Origin: Escherichia phage PSa2
Length of the DNA: 64,000 nt
Direction: 5' to 3' (one strand)
Sequence record: OL770310
The translations under genes were made by a program, and so were the position numbers. Shown in pieces: positions 45,799 through 55,982 of the stretch; position 1 is the stretch's first letter, and the number at the start of each line of letters is the position of its first letter. A model generated the notes under the pieces. The model searched no databases, was not told where the DNA came from, and worked only from the letters and a program-made list of their open reading frames with translations.

Positions 45799-48700
45799 TT
45801 AAGAATTACCAAGTGATTTCAGGGTGGTTCCATTCTCATTAAGAGCCTGTTCCACGGCATCCCTGAAAGCAGCACTATTGCTCGAAGCAAAATCTCGGAA
45901 GCTAGCCGCATCCATCGTACTAATGTTCAGCACAATAGGTCTACCCGATGTACCTTTTGAAGATCCTTTGAGTTCATCAGTAGGAGTAGCCTTCATTGGA
46001 ACCATAGGAGTGATTACTTCGGTACCGTGCTCACCCATCTGGTAACTAACTCCAGGATACATATTACCACCTTCTGCACGAGGTACGAAAGAGTTCGCAT
46101 TACCAATCCCTTGATCTCCTCGAATATAAGAAAGTTCACCTGCGTTAGCCGACATAGAAACGTCTACGTTCTTCTGGCGCTCTCCAAGAGTTAAGTAACC
46201 AGCCGTCTCAGCACCCGAGTCCCCAATAGAAGACATACCAGATGCAGAGGATGCTTGAGCAAGAGCCATAGCACCTGCTAAACCAGCTGCAACCATCAGA
46301 GGAATAGAGAATGGATATGGAACAGCTGTTGCTGCTTGCATCACCGCTACTGCCGTCTGGATAATGATTTGCTTCTTAGCTGCATCTTGCTGGATCTTGA
46401 GCTTTTCAGCCTCTAACTTCTTGATCTTAGCTTTGGATTGCTCAGATTTACCATCACGTTTCTGTTCTGCTGCAATAGCTGCATCAATAGCACTTACCTG
46501 TTGACCAACACTATACTGAATCATTGAAGATACAGTTTGCATACCAGCCGCTACTAGAGAGGTAGTATCCAGAGACCCTTGAGAGAACTGGATCATAGAG
46601 TTAGTTAAATTACCCATGCTTTGAGCTACAGCAGTTGCTTCGGAATTTAACTCAGATAGTTTAGAAATTGCTTGGTCATACGAAGACATCCTATTCTGCA
46701 TATCAGCAAAATCTTTATCTGCTCCAGATAGGCCAGTTGTAGGAGTATAAGTAGCTCCAACAGAAGAACCTACCTGTTGCTGCATCTGAGCATTACGTTG
46801 TGCTGTTAAAGCTGACATCTGAGCCCTTGTCTTAGCTATTTCAGCATTCCAGCGCATTTGCTCGTTAGCATTACCTTTGGTAAGTTCTTTCATCTGAGTA
46901 TAAAAATCTAACTGCATTTCCATTTTCTGCATTTCCCCTGCCAGAGGGAACAGGGAAGTTAGAGTATTTTCAAAGGCTTCTTGCCTTTTACTGGTCATTT
47001 CAGCTTGCTGGTCCTGACGGAATTTCCATATTTCACGTTCAATTTGGGCTTGAGAACGTCTAGACTGTTCAGCCTCTTTCTGTTTATCAGCTTGTTTTGT
47101 ATACCATTCGTACTTCTCTTTTTCAATGGTCAATTCAAGATTTAACTGTGCTAAACGATATTGAGTATCTGTCATAGTACGGTTATTCAGGAGAGCAATT
47201 TCACGATCAACACCAAGAATCTTATCGGTATAGTCCTTAACCTTCTTCTGAGCTTCCATACCCTGGTTAGTGATCTTAATACGTTCTAGCTGAATCTTAG
47301 CTATTTCACCTTCGATTGCTTTGTTACCTTTGTTAGTTTCTAGGACACGCTTAAGAGCTGCTTCCTGTTCTTCTAACTGTTGGATTTCCAGACGTCTACC
47401 AGCTTCCTGTGCTTTCTCTTTATCCTTAGTCTGGTTATACACTTCGGCAATCTTCTGCTGAACTTCTAACTGATTCTTAGTCTCATTACCAGTTAATTTT
47501 ACATAACCAGCAAGAGCTTGAGAAGCAGTCTTCATCTCACTAAGAGTATTATATCCTAAGTTCAGGCTCTTAACATACTCATCAGCATTTTTACCAGTAC
47601 CAGCAGAAAGAGACTCAATAGTCTTAATCGTATCTGATAGGGATGCACTAGTTTTAGCCGCAGTATTAGTATTCTGAGCGATGTTCTGGATATCGTTAGC
47701 TAAATCACTAGCAGTTTTCTTAGCCTGATCATATGCTTTCTGCTGTTCTGTCAGTCCTTTCAGAGTTGCAGAGTTGAAGTCATAAACCGCATCAGGGTCA
47801 TTTGCATCTTTCTGTAGGTTAATTTGCTTCTGGAATTCTGGATTAGCCTTAGCAGCTGCAGCACCAGCAGCTTGGTATGCCGATTTCCATGCATTAAGAT
47901 TGCCAGTTGAATCCTCTACTTCCTTATCAAGACGCTCTACCTGGAGAGCTAATGCAGCAGTATCTGCAATAAATTTCTGGTTTTCTTCAGAAGATCCTAT
48001 GCGAACTCCTCCTACTTCAAAACCTCCTGCAGCTAACCCTACCGGTGCACCTTGAGCAACTAAACGAATAGCCCCTGCTGTAGATGCATCTGCTTGCTGC
48101 ATACGCTTATCTAGATCAGCTTTTAACTTATTACGCTTTTCTAGAGATTCTTTGTACATATCAAGAGCTTTATTATATCCTTCCTCAGAAGCGGAAAGAC
48201 TTAAAGCTACAGCACCAACGTTAGTTGGATCAATCTGGCGGTTAGTTTCTTCCTGTGCTCTAGCAGCAGAAGCCGAGATAGACGCTTGAGAAGTATAGAA
48301 TACTGCGTTGATAGAATCAATTACCGGCCCTAAATACTTAGCAGCAGCCTGTTGAACTTTTCTCAGTGCAGCATCAGCGTTAGCAGCAAACTGTTCCCAC
48401 GGAGTTGCACGAAGTACGTCATCCAGATAGCCGAAACGTTTAGTAGATTCAGCGATTACTGCGTTAGCATATGCTTGTTGCTTTTGGAAAGTAGAAAGAC
48501 TATTGACGTTATACGTAATACCTGTGTTAGCAGCATTTAACTGTTTAACGTAGTCAGCATATGCATCGTTAAGACGAATAGTAACACCAAGTTCATCTAG
48601 AAGTTCGATTTCTTGCTTAGATACACCCTTGATTACACGGTTAAGTGCATCAGTCATATCAACACCAAGAACAGCAGCAGCACGACGAGCTACTAGACCA

Positions 48701-49509
48701 AATTTATTAAGTTGTTCAGCATCGAATCCATATGCAGAAGCAGAGGATGCCTGTCTCATTGCTTCTTCGAAGGAGATTGCATAACCAGCGGCCTCTTGTA
48801 GAGATCTAGCTAGGGTTTGTACAGGAGTACCTGTTTGAGTACCAACAATAGTACCAAACTTCTCAAGACGGTTTAACTGGTCACCCATCTTAAGTTGTTC
48901 GAATGCAGATTGTAGAACGAACACGTTAGATGCGATAGCAGCATACATAAGAGGTAAACTACCCCCCACTTTAGCCATTGCTGCGAAGTCACGAGTAGCA
49001 CCACGTGCTGAACCAGAAGTATTACCAATTGCACGACTAGCACGCCCTGCAGCGGTAGTTGTATCATTAAAGCCTCTAGCAGTATTACCTAGTGCTCGGT
49101 TAGTATCATATAATCTATCTTGAACTTTTTCAGTTGCAGCAGCTACATCATTACCAATCGCCTTAACAGATTTACCAACGTGTGTAAATCCAGATTCTAG
49201 CTTATCGGATACCTCGATCATAGCAATAGCAAGGTCATCTAACTTAGCACCAATACTATCCATAGATTTGGTGATGCCCATCATACCTCTGCTAGCCTGC
49301 ATTTTAGTTAGACTTTTAGCTGCTCTATCCGCCGCCCTCTCAATGGAGTAAAGAGTTTTGGGCATTTTTCCTAACTGTTCATTAGTCAGTTCGGAAGCGG
49401 CAGCAGCATTTTCTAACGCATCGGAAACGTTCTCAATAGATTTTGCAGTACGGGTTGCCCCTTTCTGCTTTACATCTATAAGTAGTTCTCGTATTAGCTT
49501 ATCAGTCAT
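45799..49509 (-). CDS. tail tape measure protein
   Basis: 1236 aa, coiled-coil Ala/Gln/Lys-rich; size and position typical of a tape measure protein. Confidence 0.85.
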   Translation of the reverse strand: MTDKLIRELLIDVKQKGATRTAKSIENVSDALENAAAASELTNEQLGKMPKTLYSIERAADRAAKSLTKMQASRGMMGITKSMDSIGAKLDDLAIAMIEVSDKLESGFTHVGKSVKAIGNDVAAATEKVQDRLYDTNRALGNTARGFNDTTTAAGRASRAIGNTSGSARGATRDFAAMAKVGGSLPLMYAAIASNVFVLQSAFEQLKMGDQLNRLEKFGTIVGTQTGTPVQTLARSLQEAAGYAISFEEAMRQASSASAYGFDAEQLNKFGLVARRAAAVLGVDMTDALNRVIKGVSKQEIELLDELGVTIRLNDAYADYVKQLNAANTGITYNVNSLSTFQKQQAYANAVIAESTKRFGYLDDVLRATPWEQFAANADAALRKVQQAAAKYLGPVIDSINAVFYTSQASISASAARAQEETNRQIDPTNVGAVALSLSASEEGYNKALDMYKESLEKRNKLKADLDKRMQQADASTAGAIRLVAQGAPVGLAAGGFEVGGVRIGSSEENQKFIADTAALALQVERLDKEVEDSTGNLNAWKSAYQAAGAAAAKANPEFQKQINLQKDANDPDAVYDFNSATLKGLTEQQKAYDQAKKTASDLANDIQNIAQNTNTAAKTSASLSDTIKTIESLSAGTGKNADEYVKSLNLGYNTLSEMKTASQALAGYVKLTGNETKNQLEVQQKIAEVYNQTKDKEKAQEAGRRLEIQQLEEQEAALKRVLETNKGNKAIEGEIAKIQLERIKITNQGMEAQKKVKDYTDKILGVDREIALLNNRTMTDTQYRLAQLNLELTIEKEKYEWYTKQADKQKEAEQSRRSQAQIEREIWKFRQDQQAEMTSKRQEAFENTLTSLFPLAGEMQKMEMQLDFYTQMKELTKGNANEQMRWNAEIAKTRAQMSALTAQRNAQMQQQVGSSVGATYTPTTGLSGADKDFADMQNRMSSYDQAISKLSELNSEATAVAQSMGNLTNSMIQFSQGSLDTTSLVAAGMQTVSSMIQYSVGQQVSAIDAAIAAEQKRDGKSEQSKAKIKKLEAEKLKIQQDAAKKQIIIQTAVAVMQAATAVPYPFSIPLMVAAGLAGAMALAQASSASGMSSIGDSGAETAGYLTLGERQKNVDVSMSANAGELSYIRGDQGIGNANSFVPRAEGGNMYPGVSYQMGEHGTEVITPMVPMKATPTDELKGSSKGTSGRPIVLNISTMDAASFRDFASSNSAAFRDAVEQALNENGTTLKSLGNS

Positions 49510-49520
49510 TTATTTTTCCC

Positions 49521-49554
49521 AATAAAAAAGGCTCTGGGCAAATCACCCAGAGCC
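49521..49554 (-). terminator. terminator plus conserved leader upstream of tape measure gene
   Basis: GGCTCTGGG/CCCAGAGCC hairpin then TTTTTTATTGGGAAAAATAA-ATG; the 25-mer is identical to the one at 54527..54551. Confidence 0.6.
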
Positions 49555-49589
49555 AAGCCTCATCGTGGAACGCCCATTGGAGGAAACTT

Positions 49590-49958
49590 TTACTGAGCTC
49601 GAGATCTAGCATGCGGTTTAATGTTCGGAGTACGACCATTAGGTTTACTATGCTTCTCGGCTCTCTTACGAGCTGCATCTACAGCTTTCGAATCAAATAT
49701 ATTGATGATGTGTAGAACAAACTCTTTTTCTATAGGATCAGTAATCCCATAGATATCAAATAAAACACCTAGTGCACTTTTATCTTTTCCTATAAAGATA
49801 GGAAAGTCACCTGGTATGAAACAGTCAATAAGGCTGTTATAAATATTCATACTAGTAGATACAATAGGTGGAAAATCTTCGAGTTCAACAGGCATTGCCT
49901 TAGGATCAGGTTCAATACCTAGTGAATCACAAAGCATTAAATATTGTTGTTTTGTCAT
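49590..49958 (-). CDS. hypothetical protein (possible tail assembly chaperone by position)
   Basis: 122 aa ORF between tail tube and tape measure genes. Confidence 0.4.
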   Translation of the reverse strand: MTKQQYLMLCDSLGIEPDPKAMPVELEDFPPIVSTSMNIYNSLIDCFIPGDFPIFIGKDKSALGVLFDIYGITDPIEKEFVLHIINIFDSKAVDAARKRAEKHSKPNGRTPNIKPHARSRAQ

Positions 49959-50019
49959 TTTAGATGCTGAGGATTTAATACATTTATCTGCAAAATCGGC
50001 AACAGCATCTAGTAACTGC

Positions 50020-50424
50020 TTACGCTTTTGAGCTACGAAAAGTATCTAAGTGGAACACTGTCTGGTTGATCCAAGAATCAAACGCAGCAGAGTTCTGCAT
50101 AAGCATGATAGCGTTATCGCGACTAAATGGAACTTCAGTAGTAGGATCAGCTTCAGTTTCGATAAGCATCAGCTTCTCAACATCTCCAATCGTCAAGCCA
50201 GTCCAGCCAGCAATTGCAGTGTCAACGAAAGCTTCAATAAACTTATCATCGTCCTGAACTTGAATCATAGTACCGTTAACCCACTCATCACGCTTAGCGG
50301 AAGAGATAACACGCTTAGATGCAGCACGAGACATGTAGTTTAGTTGCAGCTTGAAGTTAGGCATACCTGGGTAAGCCAGCTCAATAGTACGAGTTTCAAG
50401 GGTAATATCTTTTAAATTGATCAT
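50020..50424 (-). CDS. hypothetical protein (possible tail assembly chaperone by position)
   Basis: 134 aa ORF. Confidence 0.4.
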   Translation of the reverse strand: MINLKDITLETRTIELAYPGMPNFKLQLNYMSRAASKRVISSAKRDEWVNGTMIQVQDDDKFIEAFVDTAIAGWTGLTIGDVEKLMLIETEADPTTEVPFSRDNAIMLMQNSAAFDSWINQTVFHLDTFRSSKA

Positions 50425-51320
50425 TTCTTTATTTCTCCAAAGAAGTCGATTCTTACCGGATCAGAGTCTGCAGTAGGGATTACATCCCATTCAACTCTGT
50501 ATATATCCGAGAATTGTAGGCGTTTTGTTATACGTGCTGAAGGAAAATCAATAGAAATATGTTCATTTCGGATGGTTAATGGGATGTCAGTTTCGGGTTC
50601 AATATTATAAAACGTATCACCAGCAAATCGCTTGGTATAGTAAAATGCAATTGTTGCCGAAGCATTCATTTCATTAACATAAGCTCTCTTATTATTATAT
50701 ATTTTGTTTATGTCAAATACGCTTTTATCTTCTCTCCAAGAACATTGTTGCTGGAAGGACATAGAAGCAGATAAAAGAGCTGGTAAAACATTACTGTTGG
50801 TAGATACTCTAGGAGGACTATATGATATAACTTCACCCTGAACAATAGAACCAGCAGGAGTAAAAGTAGACACCTCAGAGAATTTACCGGATTCAATCCC
50901 TACGTTTAGGATAGGGACACTTTTATCTAGAGAAAAATCTACATTAGATACGTAGCAATTCTCGAAGTATACACAGTTATTATCTTTATTAACTATGTAT
51001 ATATTAAACATTGTTGGCTCAATATTTGTACTATAAAGTGGTAGTAAGAATGTGTTACCCTCTCTATCAAAGCCCATCCATTCAAAGAAGTTAGCTTCAG
51101 TAAGGGTATTACTAAAATTTATAGCCAGCGATATTGAAGATGGAGTTTGTGCATTAATAATAGAGTCAGCATAGTTGGTTCTACGATGGATAGTCCTACG
51201 AAGAGTTTTAAATTCCTCGTAGGAGGTATTAATATCATAATTTGACAGAGCGTCAAAGTGATACGCTCTGCCATCATACTCAACTATAATTTTTGACTCT
51301 CGCATTAGAGAGTAATACAT
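50421..51320 (-). CDS. tail structural protein, unassigned
   Basis: 299 aa ORF directly downstream of the tail tube gene. Confidence 0.4.
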   Translation of the reverse strand: MYYSLMRESKIIVEYDGRAYHFDALSNYDINTSYEEFKTLRRTIHRRTNYADSIINAQTPSSISLAINFSNTLTEANFFEWMGFDREGNTFLLPLYSTNIEPTMFNIYIVNKDNNCVYFENCYVSNVDFSLDKSVPILNVGIESGKFSEVSTFTPAGSIVQGEVISYSPPRVSTNSNVLPALLSASMSFQQQCSWREDKSVFDINKIYNNKRAYVNEMNASATIAFYYTKRFAGDTFYNIEPETDIPLTIRNEHISIDFPSARITKRLQFSDIYRVEWDVIPTADSDPVRIDFFGEIKK

Positions 51321-51324
51321 TTAA

Positions 51325-52734
51325 TTAGCCACCAGAAGCAGTAACTGTAATGCTCTTAGTACCTTCTACACCAGAACCGTCTTTAGCTACAGCTTTAACA
51401 GTAACTGCACCTACTTTGGTAACATCAGCAGTTAGCAGACCGGAATCAGCATCAATAGTAGCTGCTGTACCAGAAGAGATAGACCAAGTTACAGCCTTAT
51501 TAGTAGCTTCTGCAGGCAGAACATCTACTGTCATCTGGAGAGTTGCACTATTTTCAACTGTAGTTGCATCCCCAGCAGACTTAACAGTAATGCCAGTAAC
51601 TGGGACCGGAGCAGCTTGACCACCATCACCTGTAGCAATCAGGTTAGCAATAGTAGTTTTAGTATACTTATTAGAGAAACCAAGATAACCTTCATCACCA
51701 GTATCCAGATCAGTAGGAATTGCTTTGAACTCTACAGAAGTACCAAGTACATCGTCAGTCTCAATAGTTGGGATGTTTACGTGAGCTTGCTTAGCAACCA
51801 GAACAGCAGCAGGGCGCTCATCATCATATTCACCACCAAGTACTAGAGCGATTTCGAAACGGTTAACTACTTTCAGGGTCTTAATTAGATCTTTGTACAG
51901 ATCCATAGAACCTAGAGCTTTATCGTTAAGATAAGCAGTTAGAGAACCAGTTAATTCGAATGCACCAGTAAATGAACCGATTGGAATGTTTACACGAGAC
52001 ATAATATTCGGAGTCAGATAGGTGATGTTGTTGTTGATTGTGAAGCTACCACCAGTGATCGGAATATCGTATGCCTTACCACTATCCATATCCTTAATCT
52101 TCAGAATAGTCAGTTTGTTCTTGATGTAAGAACTTTGGATAGTCATGTAAGTTTCATCATCGATACCTACAATATCAGGATCAAATGGTTGTGAATCCAA
52201 TGGGATCAGCTGGTTACCATTACCTGACCAAGTTACACGACCGATATCTTCGATATCAACGTTTACTTCAGCTTGGTTGATCTGACAGGAATCAATATAG
52301 CTCCATGCTTTATCCGTAAGGATATAGATGTGCAGCATATCCAGTTCGTGGTATGCATTATCTTTAAAGTTAACCATGAAGTTAGTTTCGTTGGTATGAG
52401 CCCCAGTATCACCATCAAGATTGATACGCTTACCACTAGATAGCGCATGCCATAACATATAGTCTGGAACGATCTGCTTACTAGTAGTCTTATCTAAGTA
52501 AGGCAGGATGTAAGTAGAGAAACTCCACTCAGCTGCGTTCAGGGAGTCGTTGAAACGTTTTGAACCACGAGTTGGACGCGGACCAGCTTCGTTAACAGTA
52601 ATATCGGTTGAGTTACTGTCCTGACCCCAAGAAATATCATCTTGAACTAGAATCTCTTGCGTGTTGGTCTTATCGTGACCAGTCTTAACCGTAGACACGA
52701 AGATTCGAGTATTACGTAATAGTTGTAAAGACAT
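51325..52734 (-). CDS. major tail tube protein with C-terminal Ig-like domain
   Basis: 469 aa; C-terminal Ig-like segment (TGITVKSAGDATTVENSATLQMTVDVLPAEATNKAVTWSISSGTAATIDADSGLLTADV). Confidence 0.7.
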   Translation of the reverse strand: MSLQLLRNTRIFVSTVKTGHDKTNTQEILVQDDISWGQDSNSTDITVNEAGPRPTRGSKRFNDSLNAAEWSFSTYILPYLDKTTSKQIVPDYMLWHALSSGKRINLDGDTGAHTNETNFMVNFKDNAYHELDMLHIYILTDKAWSYIDSCQINQAEVNVDIEDIGRVTWSGNGNQLIPLDSQPFDPDIVGIDDETYMTIQSSYIKNKLTILKIKDMDSGKAYDIPITGGSFTINNNITYLTPNIMSRVNIPIGSFTGAFELTGSLTAYLNDKALGSMDLYKDLIKTLKVVNRFEIALVLGGEYDDERPAAVLVAKQAHVNIPTIETDDVLGTSVEFKAIPTDLDTGDEGYLGFSNKYTKTTIANLIATGDGGQAAPVPVTGITVKSAGDATTVENSATLQMTVDVLPAEATNKAVTWSISSGTAATIDADSGLLTADVTKVGAVTVKAVAKDGSGVEGTKSITVTASGG

Positions 52735-52760
52735 TTATTTATATTCTCCTAATCTGTAAC

Positions 52761-53246
52761 TTATCTGCGAAGTGCCCTACGAGGTGGCTGATACCTCACT
52801 GTTACATTTATTTCCGCTAAACCATATGGGGCCAGTAGACCTTCATCTGTAGCTACTGAGGTAATGCTCATATCAGTTGCCTCACATGGGAAGGTCGATC
52901 CATTAGGTTTACTAACAGTATATTCTAAATTTCCACCTGTGTCAATGACGGTTTTTATGTCAGCTACGAGTTTTTCAAGTTGCTCTTGAATATCTGTTTT
53001 CTCTTTGTCATACACGAAGATTGGAAGTTCTAAAAACATCCACTGTTGGCCTGAAGGAAGATACTGCCCAGTTTCAGTTCCGATATGGACTGCCACATAA
53101 GGAAATTCTCGGATTTCCTCAAATTTATAAGTTTGACGAGAAACGTTTCCATAAAGGTTATTGAAATACTCGTCAGGTTGTGAACCATCCATTTGTGTGG
53201 CGATTCGGTCAACCACTGCTTGTGCAATACTTGTTCTGTGATCCAT
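52761..53246 (-). CDS. tail terminator / neck protein (by position)
   Basis: 161 aa ORF between capsid-proximal genes and the tail tube. Confidence 0.4.
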   Translation of the reverse strand: MDHRTSIAQAVVDRIATQMDGSQPDEYFNNLYGNVSRQTYKFEEIREFPYVAVHIGTETGQYLPSGQQWMFLELPIFVYDKEKTDIQEQLEKLVADIKTVIDTGGNLEYTVSKPNGSTFPCEATDMSITSVATDEGLLAPYGLAEINVTVRYQPPRRALRR

Positions 53247-53249
53247 TTA

Positions 53250-54017
53250 TTAGGTTCCTTGATTAACCTTGATTTTATATCTAGAGTGAATCAGGTCTCT
53301 TGCAGCTTTTGCGATTGCTTCCCCAATAAGTTTTTGAGGGTTTCGAGCGCCAGGGTAAGGTCGTAGAGAAAGTCTTCGATATGTAGAAACTGCGGGGTTG
53401 AACACAGAATAAGGACGAACCATATAATTATACGTCACATTCAGCTCTGGAGCACCTTTACTAGTTTCTGCATCACGTAGCATAACGTCTTTAATCTTTA
53501 AGGAGTTAGCAAAGCGACCAGTTCTGAACTTCAATGGTGCTCCTGCTTTTTTCATATCCTTGATTAAGTATTCCTTAGCTACTATCTCAAGAATAGCACG
53601 CATGTTACTATTTGATACGAAACGACCGGAAGCACCTGTTACTGCACCAGAATAGCCATCTTCAGTATCTCTAGGATCTCCAAAGTTTACCTGAACTCTA
53701 CCGGTAGAACGTTTTTTACCAACAGCAGAACGTTTACCCGCGGTTGCTTGAATTAGATTCTCTAGAGCACCTAAATCACCAGAAAGATCTAAGTTAGAAG
53801 AGACGGCCTTCAATATAGATGCTGTCCTAACATTTAATAAGTCTTGAGATACTGGTTTTGAGAATTTGAAAGATACCTGTGCAACTGTACCATCTCTTGT
53901 AGGGTCTTTCAAACCTGTCTCAACTGTATACACAACAGTATTCTTATTATTCTCAGATCGTCCTGCAGTATCTAGCTGCTCTTTAATAATTTGTCTAGCT
54001 AGATCAGAAAGAGCCAT
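53250..54017 (-). CDS. neck / tail completion protein (by position)
   Basis: 255 aa ORF. Confidence 0.4.
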   Translation of the reverse strand: MALSDLARQIIKEQLDTAGRSENNKNTVVYTVETGLKDPTRDGTVAQVSFKFSKPVSQDLLNVRTASILKAVSSNLDLSGDLGALENLIQATAGKRSAVGKKRSTGRVQVNFGDPRDTEDGYSGAVTGASGRFVSNSNMRAILEIVAKEYLIKDMKKAGAPLKFRTGRFANSLKIKDVMLRDAETSKGAPELNVTYNYMVRPYSVFNPAVSTYRRLSLRPYPGARNPQKLIGEAIAKAARDLIHSRYKIKVNQGT

Positions 54018-54529
54018 TACACTCTCCTATAGACTTCGATGATTGTACGAATATGCTCTGGAATACCAGACTTAGTATTGTTAAACGTAACTGTCTCACC
54101 ACCAATAGTCTTGGCTTGACGATAATCTTGCTTATGCCAGTGATCTACTAACAGACATGCTGCCAGTTTAAGATCTTCAGGCATTGGATTGAAACCACCT
54201 TGAGTATACTCTACATCCATGTACCCTTCAGGAGGATTAAACTTAAGGAGAATAACACCATCAGGGTACAATTTAAACTGTTCCGGGTCTATTTCATTCT
54301 CGTTAATAGTCATCTTTGTAATAGATGTGGCTGAGGGAGAACTCAGAAAATATTTCCTACGGCTAGGTTTTGTAGTGATTAATTGATCTACCGCATCTGC
54401 ATCATCCATACCTAGAAGGCTCGTAATCAGCGTATTGGCAGCTTTAATCATCATCTCAACCTGAGTTTCCATATCAGGTCGCTTTGCGTTAGCATATAGT
54501 CTGTAGTCTTCAACAGTGATGATTTGCAT
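54017..54529 (-). CDS. head completion / head-tail adaptor protein (by position)
   Basis: 170 aa ORF immediately downstream of the major capsid gene. Confidence 0.4.
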   Translation of the reverse strand: MQIITVEDYRLYANAKRPDMETQVEMMIKAANTLITSLLGMDDADAVDQLITTKPSRRKYFLSSPSATSITKMTINENEIDPEQFKLYPDGVILLKFNPPEGYMDVEYTQGGFNPMPEDLKLAACLLVDHWHKQDYRQAKTIGGETVTFNNTKSGIPEHIRTIIEVYRRV

Positions 54530-54540
54530 TTATTTTTCCC

Positions 54541-54567
54541 AATAAAAAAGGAGAGCCGAAGCTCTCC
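54541..54567 (-). terminator. terminator after major capsid gene with UUCG-loop hairpin
   Basis: Minus strand GGAGAGC-TTCG-GCTCTCC then TTTTTTATTGGGAAAAATAA-ATG. Confidence 0.65.
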
Positions 54568-54588
54568 TTATCGGCTGAAAAGCCTGTA

Positions 54589-55965
54589 TTAAGATGCAGC
54601 GTAAGCACCAGATACAACGCCGTTTTCGAAGTAACGTTGCAGGTTAACACGCTGAGTAACGTAGTATGCGTCACGCTGTTTGCCAGCTTGGCGCTCACGT
54701 TCAACAGTAACAGCACGCTGACGCGGCATTACGAAGTTATCTTTGTAAACAATAACTGCGAATTCTGCAGAAGCAGCTTTAGCTGGGAAATACTCAGAAA
54801 CTACAACCGGCAGACCGTAAATACGACCAACCTGACCTTGCAGTTTAACAGCATCGTTACCAACCTGGGCAACATCCTGCCATTCTTCATCTTCCAGCAG
54901 ATCGTAGTAAGCATCCATAGATACGATCAGTACCAGTTTGCTCAGTTTCAGACCATGACGGCCCAGTTTACGACGCAGCTTGGAGATAGTCTTAGCAGTT
55001 ACCAGAACAGAACCGTCAGCTTTAGCTTCGGTAACAACCTTAGCACCATCATCAGCAGCCAGTTTCAGCAGACCCTTAGGCTGACCAGTACCATTACCAG
55101 ACATGAAAGCTTCTTCGATAGAAACAGCGTGTGCTTCGATCAGACGCTTACGCAGCAGAGGCAGCAGGGAGAAGATTGCATCTTCTTCAGTTTCATCAGT
55201 GATGAAGGATTTAGCAGCCAGCTTGTAAGTTTTGAAGCTGATTTCAGTCAGTTGACCTTTAACTTCGTCACCAACAGTTTCGTCAGTACCGAATTTGGAA
55301 GCATCTACCCAAGTAGCGCGACCAGCTTCTGGTTCAACGAGCATAGTAAGGATTTTGCTGGACATTGGCAGTTCATCGAACAGTGCACCAACTACCAGTT
55401 CCTTCTGCAGGTCACGAATAATACGGGTAGAGAAGATAGTTTCGTATGCTTCGCTAGACATGGAAACGGAAGAAGAACCGTTAACAGCTTTAATGTGAGC
55501 CTTACCATGTTCAGTTTCGAATACGTCTTTCTCCATCATATAAGACAGAAGAACCAGTTTCTCAACTTCATCTTCGAAAGCATCCTGAGTGCCATAAAGA
55601 GCTTTAGCTACGCTATCACCAACGAAGGAACGACCTTCACGAGCTGCCAACAGAGACTTGATTTCGTCCTGAAGACCAACGATGGTTTCCTGTTGCTTTT
55701 CTACAGTCTGTGCAAACAGTTCTGCGCTCTTCTTAGACTTCTCATCCAGGTTCTTAACCAGATCCAGAGCTTCTTCCAGACGCTTACGGTCTTCACCAAC
55801 AGCTTTAGATACTAGGTCGTTCATACGAGCCAGTTCTTTTTCTTCCTGCTCTTCACGCAGACGCTTAGCTTCCGCAGCTTTCTGAGCAGCGGTCAGACCT
55901 TCCAGAGATTTAGCCAGATCACCCAGACCAAGTTCTTCCTTCAGCTTATTAATATCAATAGTCAT
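54589..55965 (-). CDS. major capsid protein (HK97-fold type)
   Basis: 458 aa; N-terminal scaffold-like coiled coil; strongly host-like codon usage; followed by a strong terminator. Confidence 0.85.
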   Translation of the reverse strand: MTIDINKLKEELGLGDLAKSLEGLTAAQKAAEAKRLREEQEEKELARMNDLVSKAVGEDRKRLEEALDLVKNLDEKSKKSAELFAQTVEKQQETIVGLQDEIKSLLAAREGRSFVGDSVAKALYGTQDAFEDEVEKLVLLSYMMEKDVFETEHGKAHIKAVNGSSSVSMSSEAYETIFSTRIIRDLQKELVVGALFDELPMSSKILTMLVEPEAGRATWVDASKFGTDETVGDEVKGQLTEISFKTYKLAAKSFITDETEEDAIFSLLPLLRKRLIEAHAVSIEEAFMSGNGTGQPKGLLKLAADDGAKVVTEAKADGSVLVTAKTISKLRRKLGRHGLKLSKLVLIVSMDAYYDLLEDEEWQDVAQVGNDAVKLQGQVGRIYGLPVVVSEYFPAKAASAEFAVIVYKDNFVMPRQRAVTVERERQAGKQRDAYYVTQRVNLQRYFENGVVSGAYAAS

Positions 55966-55982
55966 TTTTAAATAATTCTCCG

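Noticed and set aside
49590-50424. Programmed frameshift between the two putative tail assembly chaperone ORFs
   Set aside because: The two ORFs are separated by about 60 nt and do not overlap, and no slippery heptamer links them.
54637-55815. 392 aa plus-strand ORF
   Set aside because: Antisense shadow of the major capsid gene (54589..55965, minus). The capsid gene's strong codon bias removes stops on the opposite strand; the translation is low complexity and has no SD or promoter context.
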